DNA from: an uncultured Algibacter sp. | GTDB lineage: Bacteria; Bacteroidota; Bacteroidia; Flavobacteriales; Flavobacteriaceae | Assembly (NCBI RefSeq): GCF_947487575.1 | Contig: NZ_CANKXG010000002.1 | Coordinates: 167,179 to 231,178 of the forward strand | Length of the DNA stretch: 64,000 bases | Direction: 5' to 3' | Shown here: positions 1 through 11,200 of the stretch, in pieces | Layout: each line of letters begins with the position of its first letter | Position numbering within the stretch: position 1 is the stretch's first letter | Notes under the pieces: model-generated | Database searches by the model: none | What the model was told of the DNA's origin: nothing | The model's input: the letters and a program-made list of their open reading frames with translations, nothing else | Program-made: the position numbers and the translations under genes

Positions 1-58
1 GTGAATTGCAACTCAAAATGGTTACAAAGACTATGAACATATATATTATATTTTTCAT
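1..58 (-). CDS. 5' end of a probable lipoprotein gene running off the window edge
   Basis: Manual translation from ATG at 58 gives MKNIIYMFIVFVTILSCNS: basic N-terminus, hydrophobic stretch, lipobox ILS-C. Confidence 0.6.
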   Translation of the reverse strand, partial: MKNIIYMFIVFVTILSCNS

Positions 59-108
59 GTTATATTTTTAATTTGAAAGATTACCGCCTTCGCGGAAATG
101 CAAAAAAA

Positions 109-1185
109 CTATTCTAATTTTACTTTTGGGTCCAACCAAACATAAATTAAGTCGACAAAAATATTGATAATTACAAACATAGTAGCAATAACTAACACGG
201 CTCCCATAATTACTGGTAAATCTAGTGTGTTTAATGCGTTTACAATTTCTTTACCTAATCCGTTCCAACCAAAAATATACTCCACAAAAACAGCTCCAGC
301 AAGCATAGAAGCAAACCATCCTGAAATGGCAGTTACAACCGGATTCAATGCATTTTTTACAGCATGTTTTTTTATGATTTGAAATTCGCTTAGCCCTTTT
401 GCTCTAGCTGTTCTAATATAATCTTGATTAAAAACTTCTAATAAAGAATTTCTCATAAGCTGAATAACAACAGCCAATGGACGGATACCCAATACCACGG
501 CTGGCAATATTAAGTTCTTCCATTTGATGTGCATGGCTTCTCCAAAATCATCAAGCTCATATAAACTTCCTGTCATTTCTAAATTGGTAAAATCATGTAG
601 CAAATAGCCAAAGAACCATGCGAATAAAATGGCACTAAAAAATGATGGAATACTCATACCAAAAGTGCTGAAAATTTGAATGGTTTTATCCAGCCACCTG
701 TCTTTATACAGCGCTGAAACTATTCCTAATAAGACTCCTAAGATAATAGCTATTATAATAGCTGATACAGCTAACACAAATGTATTGGGTAAGGTTTCTG
801 ATAATACTTCACTTACGCGCTTCCCTTGTTTTGCAAAAGATTCCCTTAAATAAGGTTTTTTTAAAACTGTTGTTGTACTTCCTAGCGAGAATAGTTTGGT
901 AGCACTATATTTTCCGTTACTAAGAAACGTATAGTCTTCTGAATTGTTGGAGTGAAATGAAATGGGAGATAAATCATTTAAATAATATAAATATTGTGTG
1001 GTTACAGATTTATCAAATCCGTATTTTTTCTTAACGATTGCTAATTGTTCGCTGTCATCATTTTGTCCCATCATCATTTGTGCTGGATCTCCGGGAAGCA
1101 CACTAAATAAAAAGAAAATAACTGTTATTACTCCTATTAAAGTGAGTAATGCATAAAAGATTTTATTTAGTAAGTAGTTTATCAA
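109..1185 (-). CDS. ABC transporter permease, DppB/OppB family
   Basis: PGDPA N-terminal motif, EAA loop (YIRTARAKGL...KHA), multiple TM segments. Confidence 0.9.
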   Translation of the reverse strand: MINYLLNKIFYALLTLIGVITVIFFLFSVLPGDPAQMMMGQNDDSEQLAIVKKKYGFDKSVTTQYLYYLNDLSPISFHSNNSEDYTFLSNGKYSATKLFSLGSTTTVLKKPYLRESFAKQGKRVSEVLSETLPNTFVLAVSAIIIAIILGVLLGIVSALYKDRWLDKTIQIFSTFGMSIPSFFSAILFAWFFGYLLHDFTNLEMTGSLYELDDFGEAMHIKWKNLILPAVVLGIRPLAVVIQLMRNSLLEVFNQDYIRTARAKGLSEFQIIKKHAVKNALNPVVTAISGWFASMLAGAVFVEYIFGWNGLGKEIVNALNTLDLPVIMGAVLVIATMFVIINIFVDLIYVWLDPKVKLE

Positions 1186-1216
1186 TTGTTTGTTGTTAAG
1201 TTGCTAGTTAAAACTA

Positions 1217-2527
1217 TTACTTTTTTAATTCAATTATAACAATACCACTGTAATTACCATTATATAAATGATATATAGAATCTATGACTTTTTTATTGTC
1301 ATGAATAACACGCACCGCTTTTATATTATCTTTGTTTATGGCATCTATTTCAGCTTTTGTTAATGGCTTGTTATCAACAAGGTATAATATATCTTGAATT
1401 TCTTTTACTTGTTCAGATTTTTTCTCAACCTCTGGCAAAATCAAATCATCAATATCATTCCAATGTACTTTTTGCTGAACTAAGCCTTTATCTAACTCTA
1501 ATATTCCTGGGTTAGAACGTACTACTGTTTTAAGCGCTTTCTCATCACATAAATACCAATTAAAATCTATATTATAAGCTTCGTTAATACGCTTTTTCGC
1601 TTCATCTCCTGAAGCTGTTAAGCCTATAATTTGATAATTGTTCTTTCTAGCTTCATCTTGTAAAGCCTTTAGTTTTAAAGCTCCATCTCGTTCAATTTTC
1701 TCTAAACTATAAGATACTACAACTACTAAATTTTCTTGATCTAAAAAGTGGGTTGTTAAATCTTCATCTATACTTTCAATCGAAAAATCTACCACTGGAG
1801 GTGTGTAACCCTCTTGAATTACCTCGGTTTCAACGCTAACAAAATCACCTTCAACTGATGGATATGAACCATTTGTTTTAATCACCTTTTCTTCTCCATT
1901 AACATTAAATTTCCAGCTGTATTCTTGAATTGGTTTTGGAGCATCTTTTGGCACAATCATACCCTCTTGTATATTCTTACCAATGGCGTAAGCTCTAAAA
2001 TCTATAGAAGGTAAGTGCATTAACACATGATAACCAAACCATAAACTGGCTATAAACCCAAATAAAGCGATAACCGTTGTTGGAAGTTTTCCGAATACAG
2101 GTTTTATCTGTTTTACACCTATAAAAAGAATTATAATTAACACTAAAAGTGCAACATCCTTCCAAAATGTTTCCCAAGGTTTTAATTTAATAAAATCTCC
2201 AAAACAGCCACAGTCTTTTACCTTTTCAAAATACGCCGCATAAAATGTTAAAAAGGTGAAGAATACAATCATTGCTAACAAACTCCAAACTGTAAATTTA
2301 GGTTTGTAACCAATGAGTAAAAACACACCTAAAACCACCTCAAATACAACCACGAAAACCGAAATGATTAAAGCATAAGGTTCTAAAAAAGGGATATTTA
2401 AAACATCTGGACTAAAATACTCTTGAAGTTTATACGAAAACCCAAGTGGATCGTTGAGTTTTATAAACCCAGAGAAGATGAATAATACACCAACTAATAT
2501 TCTACTTATTGATACTAATGTTTTCAT
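1217..2527 (-). CDS. DoxX/MauE-like membrane protein (BT_3928-like) with extra C-terminal domain
   Basis: SRILVGVLFIFSGFIKLNDP and DCGCFGD motifs, 4-5 TMs, thioredoxin-like soluble part. Confidence 0.75.
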   Translation of the reverse strand: MKTLVSISRILVGVLFIFSGFIKLNDPLGFSYKLQEYFSPDVLNIPFLEPYALIISVFVVVFEVVLGVFLLIGYKPKFTVWSLLAMIVFFTFLTFYAAYFEKVKDCGCFGDFIKLKPWETFWKDVALLVLIIILFIGVKQIKPVFGKLPTTVIALFGFIASLWFGYHVLMHLPSIDFRAYAIGKNIQEGMIVPKDAPKPIQEYSWKFNVNGEEKVIKTNGSYPSVEGDFVSVETEVIQEGYTPPVVDFSIESIDEDLTTHFLDQENLVVVVSYSLEKIERDGALKLKALQDEARKNNYQIIGLTASGDEAKKRINEAYNIDFNWYLCDEKALKTVVRSNPGILELDKGLVQQKVHWNDIDDLILPEVEKKSEQVKEIQDILYLVDNKPLTKAEIDAINKDNIKAVRVIHDNKKVIDSIYHLYNGNYSGIVIIELKK

Positions 2528-2584
2528 ATATATTTCGTTTGAAAAGACCTTTCGACTGCACGCAAGACAACACCTCGTTTTAAA

Positions 2585-3124
2585 TTACCTTTCGCTTAAG
2601 TGAATCATCGCAAATATCGCGTAGTTAATCATGTCTTGATAATTAGCATCAATGCCTTCACTTACTAATGTTTTTCCTTGGTTATCTTCAATCTGTTTAA
2701 CACGCAATAATTTTTGTAAAATTAAATCGGTTAAACTGCTTACTCTCATATCGCGCCATGCTTCACCATAATCATGATTTTTATCTTCCATAAGCTGCTT
2801 AGTAATAGCTACTTTTTCTTCGTACAATTTTGTAGCTTCTTTTGTAGACATATCTGGTTGCTCAACAACACCTTTTTCTAATTGAATGAGTGCCATAATG
2901 CAATAGTTTATAATACCTATAAATTCGCTTTCTTGCCCCTCATCAACCTTCTGAACATCATTTTGTTGCAACCCTCTGATACGCTGTGCTTTTATAAAAA
3001 TTTGATCTGTTAAAGATGGTAATCTTAAAATTCGCCATGCACTACCGTAGTCACTCATTTTCTTAATAAATAAACTTTTACAGGTATCTATTACCGCATC
3101 GTATTGTTTTGAAGTATCTTGCAT
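2585..3124 (-). CDS. DUF1599 domain protein (two tandem repeats)
   Basis: Repeated K..DYG.AWR motif; usual neighbour of folP in Bacteroidota. Confidence 0.75.
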   Translation of the reverse strand: MQDTSKQYDAVIDTCKSLFIKKMSDYGSAWRILRLPSLTDQIFIKAQRIRGLQQNDVQKVDEGQESEFIGIINYCIMALIQLEKGVVEQPDMSTKEATKLYEEKVAITKQLMEDKNHDYGEAWRDMRVSSLTDLILQKLLRVKQIEDNQGKTLVSEGIDANYQDMINYAIFAMIHLSER

Positions 3125-3228
3125 CTATAAATTCAATTTTCCGTAAATTTCGCATAAATAATTAAAACCTTCAAGGTTTATGGTTTAAAGTTTTAAACTA
3201 TGTACCAACACAATACAAAACACTATAA

Positions 3229-4053
3229 ATGACTATTAATTGCAAAGGCAAACTCATCGATTTATCTTCACCGAAAGTGATGGGTATTTTAAACATTACT
3301 CCAGATTCGTTTTATGATGGCGGTGCTCATAAAAATGAAGCGGAAGTTTTAAAGCATGTTGAACAGATGCTAAACGAAGGTGCTGCCTTTATTGATGTTG
3401 GTGCGTATAGCTCTAGACCAAATGCCGACCATGTTAGTGAAGCTAACGAATTAAAACGTATTCTTCCGATAGTAGAACTAATTCTGAAAGAATTCCCAGA
3501 AACCTTACTTTCTATTGATACTTTTAGAAGCAAAGTCGCTAAACAATGTATTGAAGCAGGTGCTTGTTTGATTAATGATATTTCAGCAGGTTTACTAGAT
3601 AAAAACATGCTGCAAACCATTGCTGATTTATATGTACCTTATATCATGATGCATATGCGAGGAACACCTCAAACTATGCAACAGCTAACCGAATATGACG
3701 ATTTAGTAAAAGATGTTCTATTCTATTTTTCTGAAAGAATAGCAGCTGCAAAAGCTTTGGGTATTGTTGATATTATTATTGACCCTGGATTTGGTTTTGC
3801 AAAAAATTTAGAACAGAATTTTGAATTATTGAATAAACTAGAACTTTTTAAAATGATTGAGAAACCGCTACTAATTGGTGTTTCAAGAAAATCCATGATT
3901 TACAAAACTTTAGACACCTCAGCTAAAGATGCTTTAAACGGAACTTCTGTTTTAAATACCGTTGTACTGCAAAAAGGCGCTTCTATTTTAAGAGTGCATG
4001 ACGTTAAAGAAGCTATAGAATGTATAAAATTAACTAGATTGTTAGATTGTTAG
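3229..4053 (+). CDS. folP: Dihydropteroate synthase
   Basis: MGILNITPDSFYDGG, IDVGAYSSRP, DPGFGF, SRKS, LRVHDV motifs. Confidence 0.97.
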   Translation: MTINCKGKLIDLSSPKVMGILNITPDSFYDGGAHKNEAEVLKHVEQMLNEGAAFIDVGAYSSRPNADHVSEANELKRILPIVELILKEFPETLLSIDTFRSKVAKQCIEAGACLINDISAGLLDKNMLQTIADLYVPYIMMHMRGTPQTMQQLTEYDDLVKDVLFYFSERIAAAKALGIVDIIIDPGFGFAKNLEQNFELLNKLELFKMIEKPLLIGVSRKSMIYKTLDTSAKDALNGTSVLNTVVLQKGASILRVHDVKEAIECIKLTRLLDC

Positions 4054-4058
4054 AAATT

Positions 4059-4742
4059 ATGAGAAAGATTTTATTGGTTATTATATTTATAATTGTTCTT
4101 TCCTGCGGAAATGAAAAAGTACTCCAATTACCAGAAATAAGTTATTCAGAAATTACAGATTTAAAAGATGTATCTCATGCCTATTTATTTTATGATGAAA
4201 CCAAAGAAGACAATGTGGAACTGAACAGAAAAAACCTCATCAGCACCACAAATTGGTTGATTAATGTAGATAAACGCTTAACTCTAAAACAAGCTATTCC
4301 TCATATTAAATACTTACAAGATAAAAAGGCTAATTCTAGTCATAAAAATGAAAAGGCTAAGAATTACTATACTTGTAATGATACGAGTATAAACAACTTA
4401 GGGTTTATTGAATTCACTAATGTTTCTTATAAAAATGAATCATTAGATGATTATTCAGGTATATTATCAAGTGTTGGGGATTCTGAAAACTCAACCGCTA
4501 TTGCTTTTGAAGATTACAATAACATTACAATTGCAAGTACTGTTTTAAAATCCATAGTTTTAGAAACAACCAAAGACAGTTTATCATATTACTTAAAAAA
4601 ATGCGATACTAAAGACGGGCTTATTTTATTGAATTTTCATGAAGAATTATCCTTTCAAAATTACATTGAATACAAATCCATTATTTCTGAAACAGATTTA
4701 AACGACTCAAAAATATCAAACAACGAATTTATTTTTAATTAA
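4059..4742 (+). CDS. Conserved hypothetical lipoprotein
   Basis: MRKILLVIIFIIVLS-C lipobox; ATG at 4059 preferred over the ORF-track start at 4047. Confidence 0.65.
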   Translation: MRKILLVIIFIIVLSCGNEKVLQLPEISYSEITDLKDVSHAYLFYDETKEDNVELNRKNLISTTNWLINVDKRLTLKQAIPHIKYLQDKKANSSHKNEKAKNYYTCNDTSINNLGFIEFTNVSYKNESLDDYSGILSSVGDSENSTAIAFEDYNNITIASTVLKSIVLETTKDSLSYYLKKCDTKDGLILLNFHEELSFQNYIEYKSIISETDLNDSKISNNEFIFN

Positions 4743-4777
4743 CCCTTTTTTCTTAAATTTACCAAAACACACCACTA

Positions 4778-5563
4778 TTGGATATTTTTAAAGACCTTTT
4801 AAAACTTACTGTTGTTGACATCATAGATGTTATATTAGTAGCACTACTACTCTACTATGCTTACAGATTAATTAAAGGCACGGTTGCCATCAATATTTTT
4901 ATAGGCATCATAATTGTTTACGGTGCTTGGAGATTAACGGACTTTCTAGAAATGGAACTACTTACTGGTATTTTTGGTGGTTTTATGAAAGTAGGTATTA
5001 TTGCTTTAATAGTCGTTTTTCAGCCAGAAATAAGAAAGTTTTTGCTCATGGTTGGTTCAACTAATTTTGGTAGGCGACGCAAATTTTTACAACAAATAAA
5101 ATTCTTAAAAACAGAGAGTAGCGATGAAACTGATGTTGATGCCATAATTTCTGCCTGTGATAAAATGTCAGCGTCTAGAACTGGGGCGCTTATCGTTTTT
5201 GAGCGTAATAACAATCTAGATTTCCTATCGCAATCTGGTGATGAAATGAACATTAAAGTCACGCAACCCATTATAGAAAGTATTTTTTTCAAGAATAGTC
5301 CACTGCACGATGGCGCTATAATAGTTAGCGACAATATCGTAAAAGCAACACGAGTTATTTTACCTGTAAACAATGAAAAAAATATTCCGCAACGTTTTGG
5401 TTTACGACATCGAGCTGCTATTGGAGTTACCGAAAAAACAGATGCTCTAGCATTGGTTGTAAGTGAGGAAACTGGCCATATATCGTATTTTAAAGATGGA
5501 GAGTTTGTAGTTTTTGAAGACTCAACTGAACTTAATACCATGATTAAAACCGATTTAGCTTAA
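4778..5563 (+). CDS. cdaA: Diadenylate cyclase CdaA/DacA
   Basis: 3 N-terminal TMs, FQPEIR, PLHDGA and GLRHRAA motifs of the DisA_N domain; TTG start. Confidence 0.92.
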   Translation: MDIFKDLLKLTVVDIIDVILVALLLYYAYRLIKGTVAINIFIGIIIVYGAWRLTDFLEMELLTGIFGGFMKVGIIALIVVFQPEIRKFLLMVGSTNFGRRRKFLQQIKFLKTESSDETDVDAIISACDKMSASRTGALIVFERNNNLDFLSQSGDEMNIKVTQPIIESIFFKNSPLHDGAIIVSDNIVKATRVILPVNNEKNIPQRFGLRHRAAIGVTEKTDALALVVSEETGHISYFKDGEFVVFEDSTELNTMIKTDLA

Positions 5564-5690
5564 TAAAACAAAACTATCTTGCTTCTTTAAGCAACCGACT
5601 TTAACTATAAACAAATACCTAATATAATTTTTTTGATGACATTTTAAAGTTGTCTTTATGTAGAGATATAACACATTAATATCTTTTCGA

Positions 5691-6788
5691 ATGAAGACTC
5701 TATTTAAAATCATTTTATGCTTCATGATTGTTCTTTTTAACTACTCATGCGGACAATCTTCAAAATCATCAGAAACTCAAACCATTCAACTTAACGGAAA
5801 AACCTATACACTAAAAGAAGGTATTAACGCTTCCAAAGTTCAATTAAACAAAAAGCCAGAACCTAAGGTCATTTTTCACAAGATTGACGATACTCAAAGA
5901 AACATGGTAATGGGGTATCAGCCTATGCCAAGTGATTGGAAATACTTAGATAAACAGGATAAAGATGGGGTCTATATAAAAGGGCCAAATAATGTAAAAG
6001 TTTTTATGCCAAAATTCGATTTTTTTGTTTATTCACAACTACCTGGATACAATCAAATGAGCTCTGAAATGGGTCAACAAGTAAAACCCCTAAAAAGCGT
6101 AGAGCAGTTAGTTAAGGAAGAATTTGTTCCCTTATTTGGTAAAGAAGGTGCTAGACTATTAAAACAATATCATTTACCTAAGCTAAAAGCATACGATGAA
6201 AATTATGACCAACTCATGTTTAAATCCGTACCTCAACAAAAATCGTTTGAAGCCTATGCAACAGAATGGGAAGCTAAAGATGATAACAAATTTTTATTTA
6301 TAATTCGCCAGAATATAACTTACACCCAAGAAGCTTGTTATTGGGGATATACGCTAAATGCACTAGAATCTCCAAAACAATATTTTGAAACAGCAAAAAA
6401 CAATTATTTATATACACTAGAAAACACAAAATATAATCCACAATGGCGACATGCATGTTATATGGAAGATGCTCAAAAATCAGCTCAAGCCGGCAAATTG
6501 CATCAACAACGTATGGCCAATTTACGCGCCGAAGGACAAGCCATAATTGAAAGAGGTAAATCACATAGTGCCATGGTAGATAGAAACCACAAACGCTTTA
6601 TGGATGCTCATCTAGAAAGACAAACTGTTTCTACTGGTGGCACAAATTATCAAGTAGACGCTGGTAGTAATGTGTATTGGATAAATTCTAATGGTGAATA
6701 CATTCCTACTAATGATTTTAATTTTGACCCGAATTTAGACCCAAATCTTAACAGCCAAACTTGGACGAAAGGAACTAACAACAACTAA
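5691..6788 (+). CDS. Hypothetical lipoprotein
   Basis: Signal peptide with lipobox (NYS-C); 365-aa ORF, no family recognised. Confidence 0.6.
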   Translation: MKTLFKIILCFMIVLFNYSCGQSSKSSETQTIQLNGKTYTLKEGINASKVQLNKKPEPKVIFHKIDDTQRNMVMGYQPMPSDWKYLDKQDKDGVYIKGPNNVKVFMPKFDFFVYSQLPGYNQMSSEMGQQVKPLKSVEQLVKEEFVPLFGKEGARLLKQYHLPKLKAYDENYDQLMFKSVPQQKSFEAYATEWEAKDDNKFLFIIRQNITYTQEACYWGYTLNALESPKQYFETAKNNYLYTLENTKYNPQWRHACYMEDAQKSAQAGKLHQQRMANLRAEGQAIIERGKSHSAMVDRNHKRFMDAHLERQTVSTGGTNYQVDAGSNVYWINSNGEYIPTNDFNFDPNLDPNLNSQTWTKGTNNN

Positions 6789-6883
6789 AATTATGATAGA
6801 ATTAATACCAAGATAAAAGCTAAGAAAATTGACGTAGCGTTTTTAACATAAAAAGTGTATCTTTCTTGCGCTATTAACAACCT

Positions 6884-7474
6884 ATGCCAGAGAAAAGTAC
6901 ACTTCAAAAAGACTACTCAAGTCAAGAAAAACTTGTTAAGTCCATTCAAGCTAATGATGACAGCGTTCTAAAAAGCTTGTATAATGATAATTTTTATAAA
7001 ACAGAGCAATATATTTTAACAAATAGCGGCTCCGTTGATGAAGCTAAAGATATATTTCAAGAGGCTTTTGTAGCCGTTTGGGAGAATGTTCAGGATAATA
7101 AATTTGTACCAAAAAATGAATCGGCACTAAATGGATATTTATATACCATAGCTAAAAACAAATGGTTAAATCATTTAAATTCTGTTCGATATAGAAAAAC
7201 AAATTCATTTGAAAACCATGTGCAAACGTTAACAAATACAAACACCATTGAAAACGAAATCTTTAAAGAAGAAGATACTAATAAAATAAATGAAGTAGTT
7301 AGTGCTTTTGATAGTTTAGGAGAGGCTTGTAAAAAATTATTGTCTGTTTTTTATTATGATAACAAATCGCTTAGAGACATTTCAAAACTATTTAATGTAA
7401 CAGAAGCATCAGCACGAAATAAAAAATATCGTTGTATAGAAAAATTAAGAACACTGGTATTAAAATCTAATTAA
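6884..7474 (+). CDS. ECF sigma-70 factor
   Basis: Region 2 (DEAKDIFQEAF..W, YLYTIAKNKW) and region 4 (CKKLL...SLRDIS...YRC). Confidence 0.9.
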   Translation: MPEKSTLQKDYSSQEKLVKSIQANDDSVLKSLYNDNFYKTEQYILTNSGSVDEAKDIFQEAFVAVWENVQDNKFVPKNESALNGYLYTIAKNKWLNHLNSVRYRKTNSFENHVQTLTNTNTIENEIFKEEDTNKINEVVSAFDSLGEACKKLLSVFYYDNKSLRDISKLFNVTEASARNKKYRCIEKLRTLVLKSN

Positions 7475-7484
7475 ACCCTATAAA

Positions 7485-8225
7485 TTGGAAAATAGCAACC
7501 CCATATCGCCCGAACTTTTAGATACTATAGAACGGTATTTAAAAAACACCATGAATACAAACGAACGTGAAGTATTCGAGGAAAAATTAAAAGACAATAC
7601 AACACTTCAGCAACAGGTAAAAGATATTGAAACTATACTTTTTGGTGTTAGGAAAGCCATTTTTAAAAATAAAGCAAACCATTTTCATAAAACGCTAATA
7701 AATAAAGATTCAGAAATTAAAGCAGACAAGAAAGTATTTAATTTAAATTTTAAACACATGTCTATTGCCGCATCTGTAGTCTTATTATTGGGAAGTGTTT
7801 GGTTTTTTAATCAAAAAAAATCAAATAGTACCTTATTTGATAAATACTATATTGAAGATAGAGGCTTAGAAACAAACATGGGAGAAACAAACAATTATAC
7901 TTTTGATGATGCCATGGTAGATTATAAGCACGGTAAATATGATAAAGCCATTGAAAAATGGAATCTTCTCCAAAAAAACCAACCAAAAAATGACACCTTA
8001 AATTACTTTTTAGGTGTTGCGCATTTAGCAAATAAAGATGCTGACAAAGCCATTAAATTTTTAGAAACTACAGCAAATAACAGTGAAAGCACTTTCTTAA
8101 ACGAAGCCAATTTTTATTTAGGTCTTTCCTATTTAAAACTAGATAAAACGGATTTGGCCATTGAAACTTTACAAAAAAGTAATTCTGAAAGAAGCAAAGC
8201 GGTAATTGAAGCATTAAAAGAGTAA
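7485..8225 (+). CDS. Single-TM protein with helical N-terminal (anti-sigma-like) domain and C-terminal TPRs
   Basis: IERYL....EREVFEEKL N-domain, TM SIAASVVLLLGSVWFF, TPR-like YFLGVAHL / FYLGLSYL; TTG start directly after the ECF sigma gene. Confidence 0.7.
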   Translation: MENSNPISPELLDTIERYLKNTMNTNEREVFEEKLKDNTTLQQQVKDIETILFGVRKAIFKNKANHFHKTLINKDSEIKADKKVFNLNFKHMSIAASVVLLLGSVWFFNQKKSNSTLFDKYYIEDRGLETNMGETNNYTFDDAMVDYKHGKYDKAIEKWNLLQKNQPKNDTLNYFLGVAHLANKDADKAIKFLETTANNSESTFLNEANFYLGLSYLKLDKTDLAIETLQKSNSERSKAVIEALKE

Positions 8226-8235
8226 AAACCTGAAA

Positions 8236-11200
8236 ATGAATCTAAGATATATTCTTTTTGCTTTAATCACTTTTGTCTACGTACAAATACATTCAGCACA
8301 AAATACATCCACAACAGATTTAAATTATGTAAAAGAATTAATTACAGTAGATAGTCTCTCAAAAGCAGAAACAGAAATAGTATCGCAAATTAGTATATTC
8401 AAATCTAAGAACAATCACGATACTTTAGTACACTATATATATACGTTAGGTAAAATTCAAATACTTAAAAACGCACCTATTGATAAAGCTATTCTACTTT
8501 CAGAAACCATTTCAAAAGTAACAACAAGCAAAATCACACTAAGTAAATTAAATCTAGAACTAGCAAAATTGTACTTTGAAAAGGGAAATCAATCTGAGGC
8601 TTACCAATATGCAAAAAAAGCCAAAATGTTTGCTGAAGGTCTTACAAATAAAAGCTTATTGTTAGAAGCAGAATATTATCTAGGTGATTATTCCATGAAA
8701 CTAGGAAATATAACAAACCTAGAAAACCACATACGTGCTGCAAACAGCTTAATTAAAAAAAACAAAGATAAACCTTATGCTTACACAGCACGTGTTTTAA
8801 ATTTAATGGGAGCAGTTATGTTTTTTTCCTCAAAACAAGATAGTGCCGTTTACTACTTTGAAAATGCTTTAAAAAATATTAATAATCTTCCCAATAACAT
8901 AGAAAATCAATTATACCTGCCTGCTGCCATAAAAGGGAACTTATTTCTTATTAAACTTAATCAAGGTAAACATTCAGAAAGCAGGAAACTAGTTGAGGAA
9001 TCTTTAATTCTAAATCAAAAATTTTTAAACCAAACCAACAACCATCCCCTATTAAAACGAGTAAAACGAAATATTGCTCTAGGTTACACCAATTTATCTA
9101 GTTTGTATTTTGATTTAGGTGATTTTAACCGTTCAGACCAAATCACACAGTTATCTCTTGGTTTTGCTAAAGAAAACTTCTTGCCAAAAACTGAAGAATA
9201 CTTTTTAACCACATTAGCCGTAGCTGAAGTTAAGCACGCCAAACTTGAATTAAAAAAAGCACTTATATATCTTAAAGAAGCAGAAGCCTGTTTAGATAAT
9301 ATGCCCCAAGAAAACAATCAGCTTAGAGCATATTTATATAACGATTATGGTTCAACATTTTATAAAATGAAGAATTATGAAAAAGCTTTGTTTTATTTTG
9401 AAAAGAGTAATACGTTCCATGAAAAATCTAATCCAGATGAGTACGACTCCAATAGATTATATCAAACCATGAATTTTGGGATTCTATTAGGGAAAACAGG
9501 GCAAAAGGAAAAAGCAATAGATTATGTTACAAACGCCTACAATTATGTGGTAAAAGAAAAAAGGCAAAATAATTATTTAGAAAATGTTTTAATCTTAACA
9601 TTAGCAACTATAAATTTTGATTGTAACGATTATGAGCAAACTATAAAATGGTGTAATAAAAGCTTTAACATCTATAATAAAAACTCGAAAAACAAAGGAT
9701 ATGACAAACTCCTTTTTGAAGAAAAAAAAGCAGAACTCATTTTATTAAATGCTAAATCCAAATACCATTTAAATCAAGATAAAAGTGTTACATTTTTAAA
9801 AAGCCTATTATTAGAAATTGAAGAAGCTATACTAATTCTTGAAAACCGAAAATCTATAATTTCCTCACTTGAAAGTGTAAACACCCTATTAGAAGAAAAT
9901 AAGTCAGTTTTTGATTTTGCTAAAAAATTGAATTTAGAATTGTACAATTTAACAGAAGATTCAGCGTATTTAACCAAAGTTGTAAGTCTTCATGAATCTG
10001 CATTATATAATAGAATTAGGTCTCGTTTAAATATTAACAAAGGGACTTCTTTTGCAGATGTACCTCTAGAAATTATTGCAAAAGAGAATGAAATTAAAAA
10101 TAAACTAAATATCAAAATTGAGGAACAGGACAGTCAAGAAACAGCAATAGAAAATATTGTAAAAAGTAATGTAGAATGGCGTGAGTTTTTAGAGAATATT
10201 AAGAAAAACCATCCAAAGTATTACAAGATGCGTTATGGAACTATTGGAGAATCTTTAGCATTTTTACAAGATGATATAAACGAAAACACTTCTGTATTAC
10301 GATACTTTTTTATTGATGATGCATTGTATGTGTACTTACTAAAAAGAGAGAGTCAAAAATTATTTAAACTAGACCATAAATTAATTAAAAAACATATTGA
10401 TAAGCTTAATGAAAATCAATCTCAACTTTCAGAAACTAGTGATGTATTATATGAATTATATCAGAGTTTATGGAAGCCTTTTGAAGATGAAATAACCACT
10501 AAAAATATCATTATAATTCCAGACGGTAATTTATACAACATTAGTTTTGAAACGCTTACACCAAAGAAAATTAAAACGTTTAAAGATTTAGCTACAAATA
10601 GTCTTTTAGCAAATTATAACATCTCTTATAATTACAGTTTGTACTTGTTAGGGCAATATGAAAACACGACTAGTTATAAAAACAAGTTTATTGCCTTTGC
10701 ACCAGAGTTTAATGATGAAATGAAAAAGAATTATAAGCTTGCAATCACAGACTCTTTAAGTTATGATAAAACGTATCTAACATTACTGCAACAACCCTTT
10801 AATGTAGATTTAGCAAAAGCTTATGCTAAACTATTTGATGGCAACTACTTTTTAAATGAAAACTCAACGGAACGTATTTTTAAACAAAATGCCAGCGAGC
10901 ATAAAATTATACATATAGGCACGCATGCAGAATCAAACAATATAAGTCCAGAACTCTCACGTTTGCTTTTTGCTAAAAACGTTTCCAACGATAATGAAGA
11001 TGGTTTCTTATATGCTTACGAGATTTACGACACCAGCCTAAACTCTAATTTAGCTATCCTAACAGCATGTGAAACTGGAAAACCAAGTTACCAAGCTGGA
11101 GAAGGTATGATTTCTTTAGCACACGCCTTTAATTACGCTGGAAGCGAAAGCATATTAACAAGTTTATGGAAAGTCGATGAGCGCTCAACAGCAGAAATTA

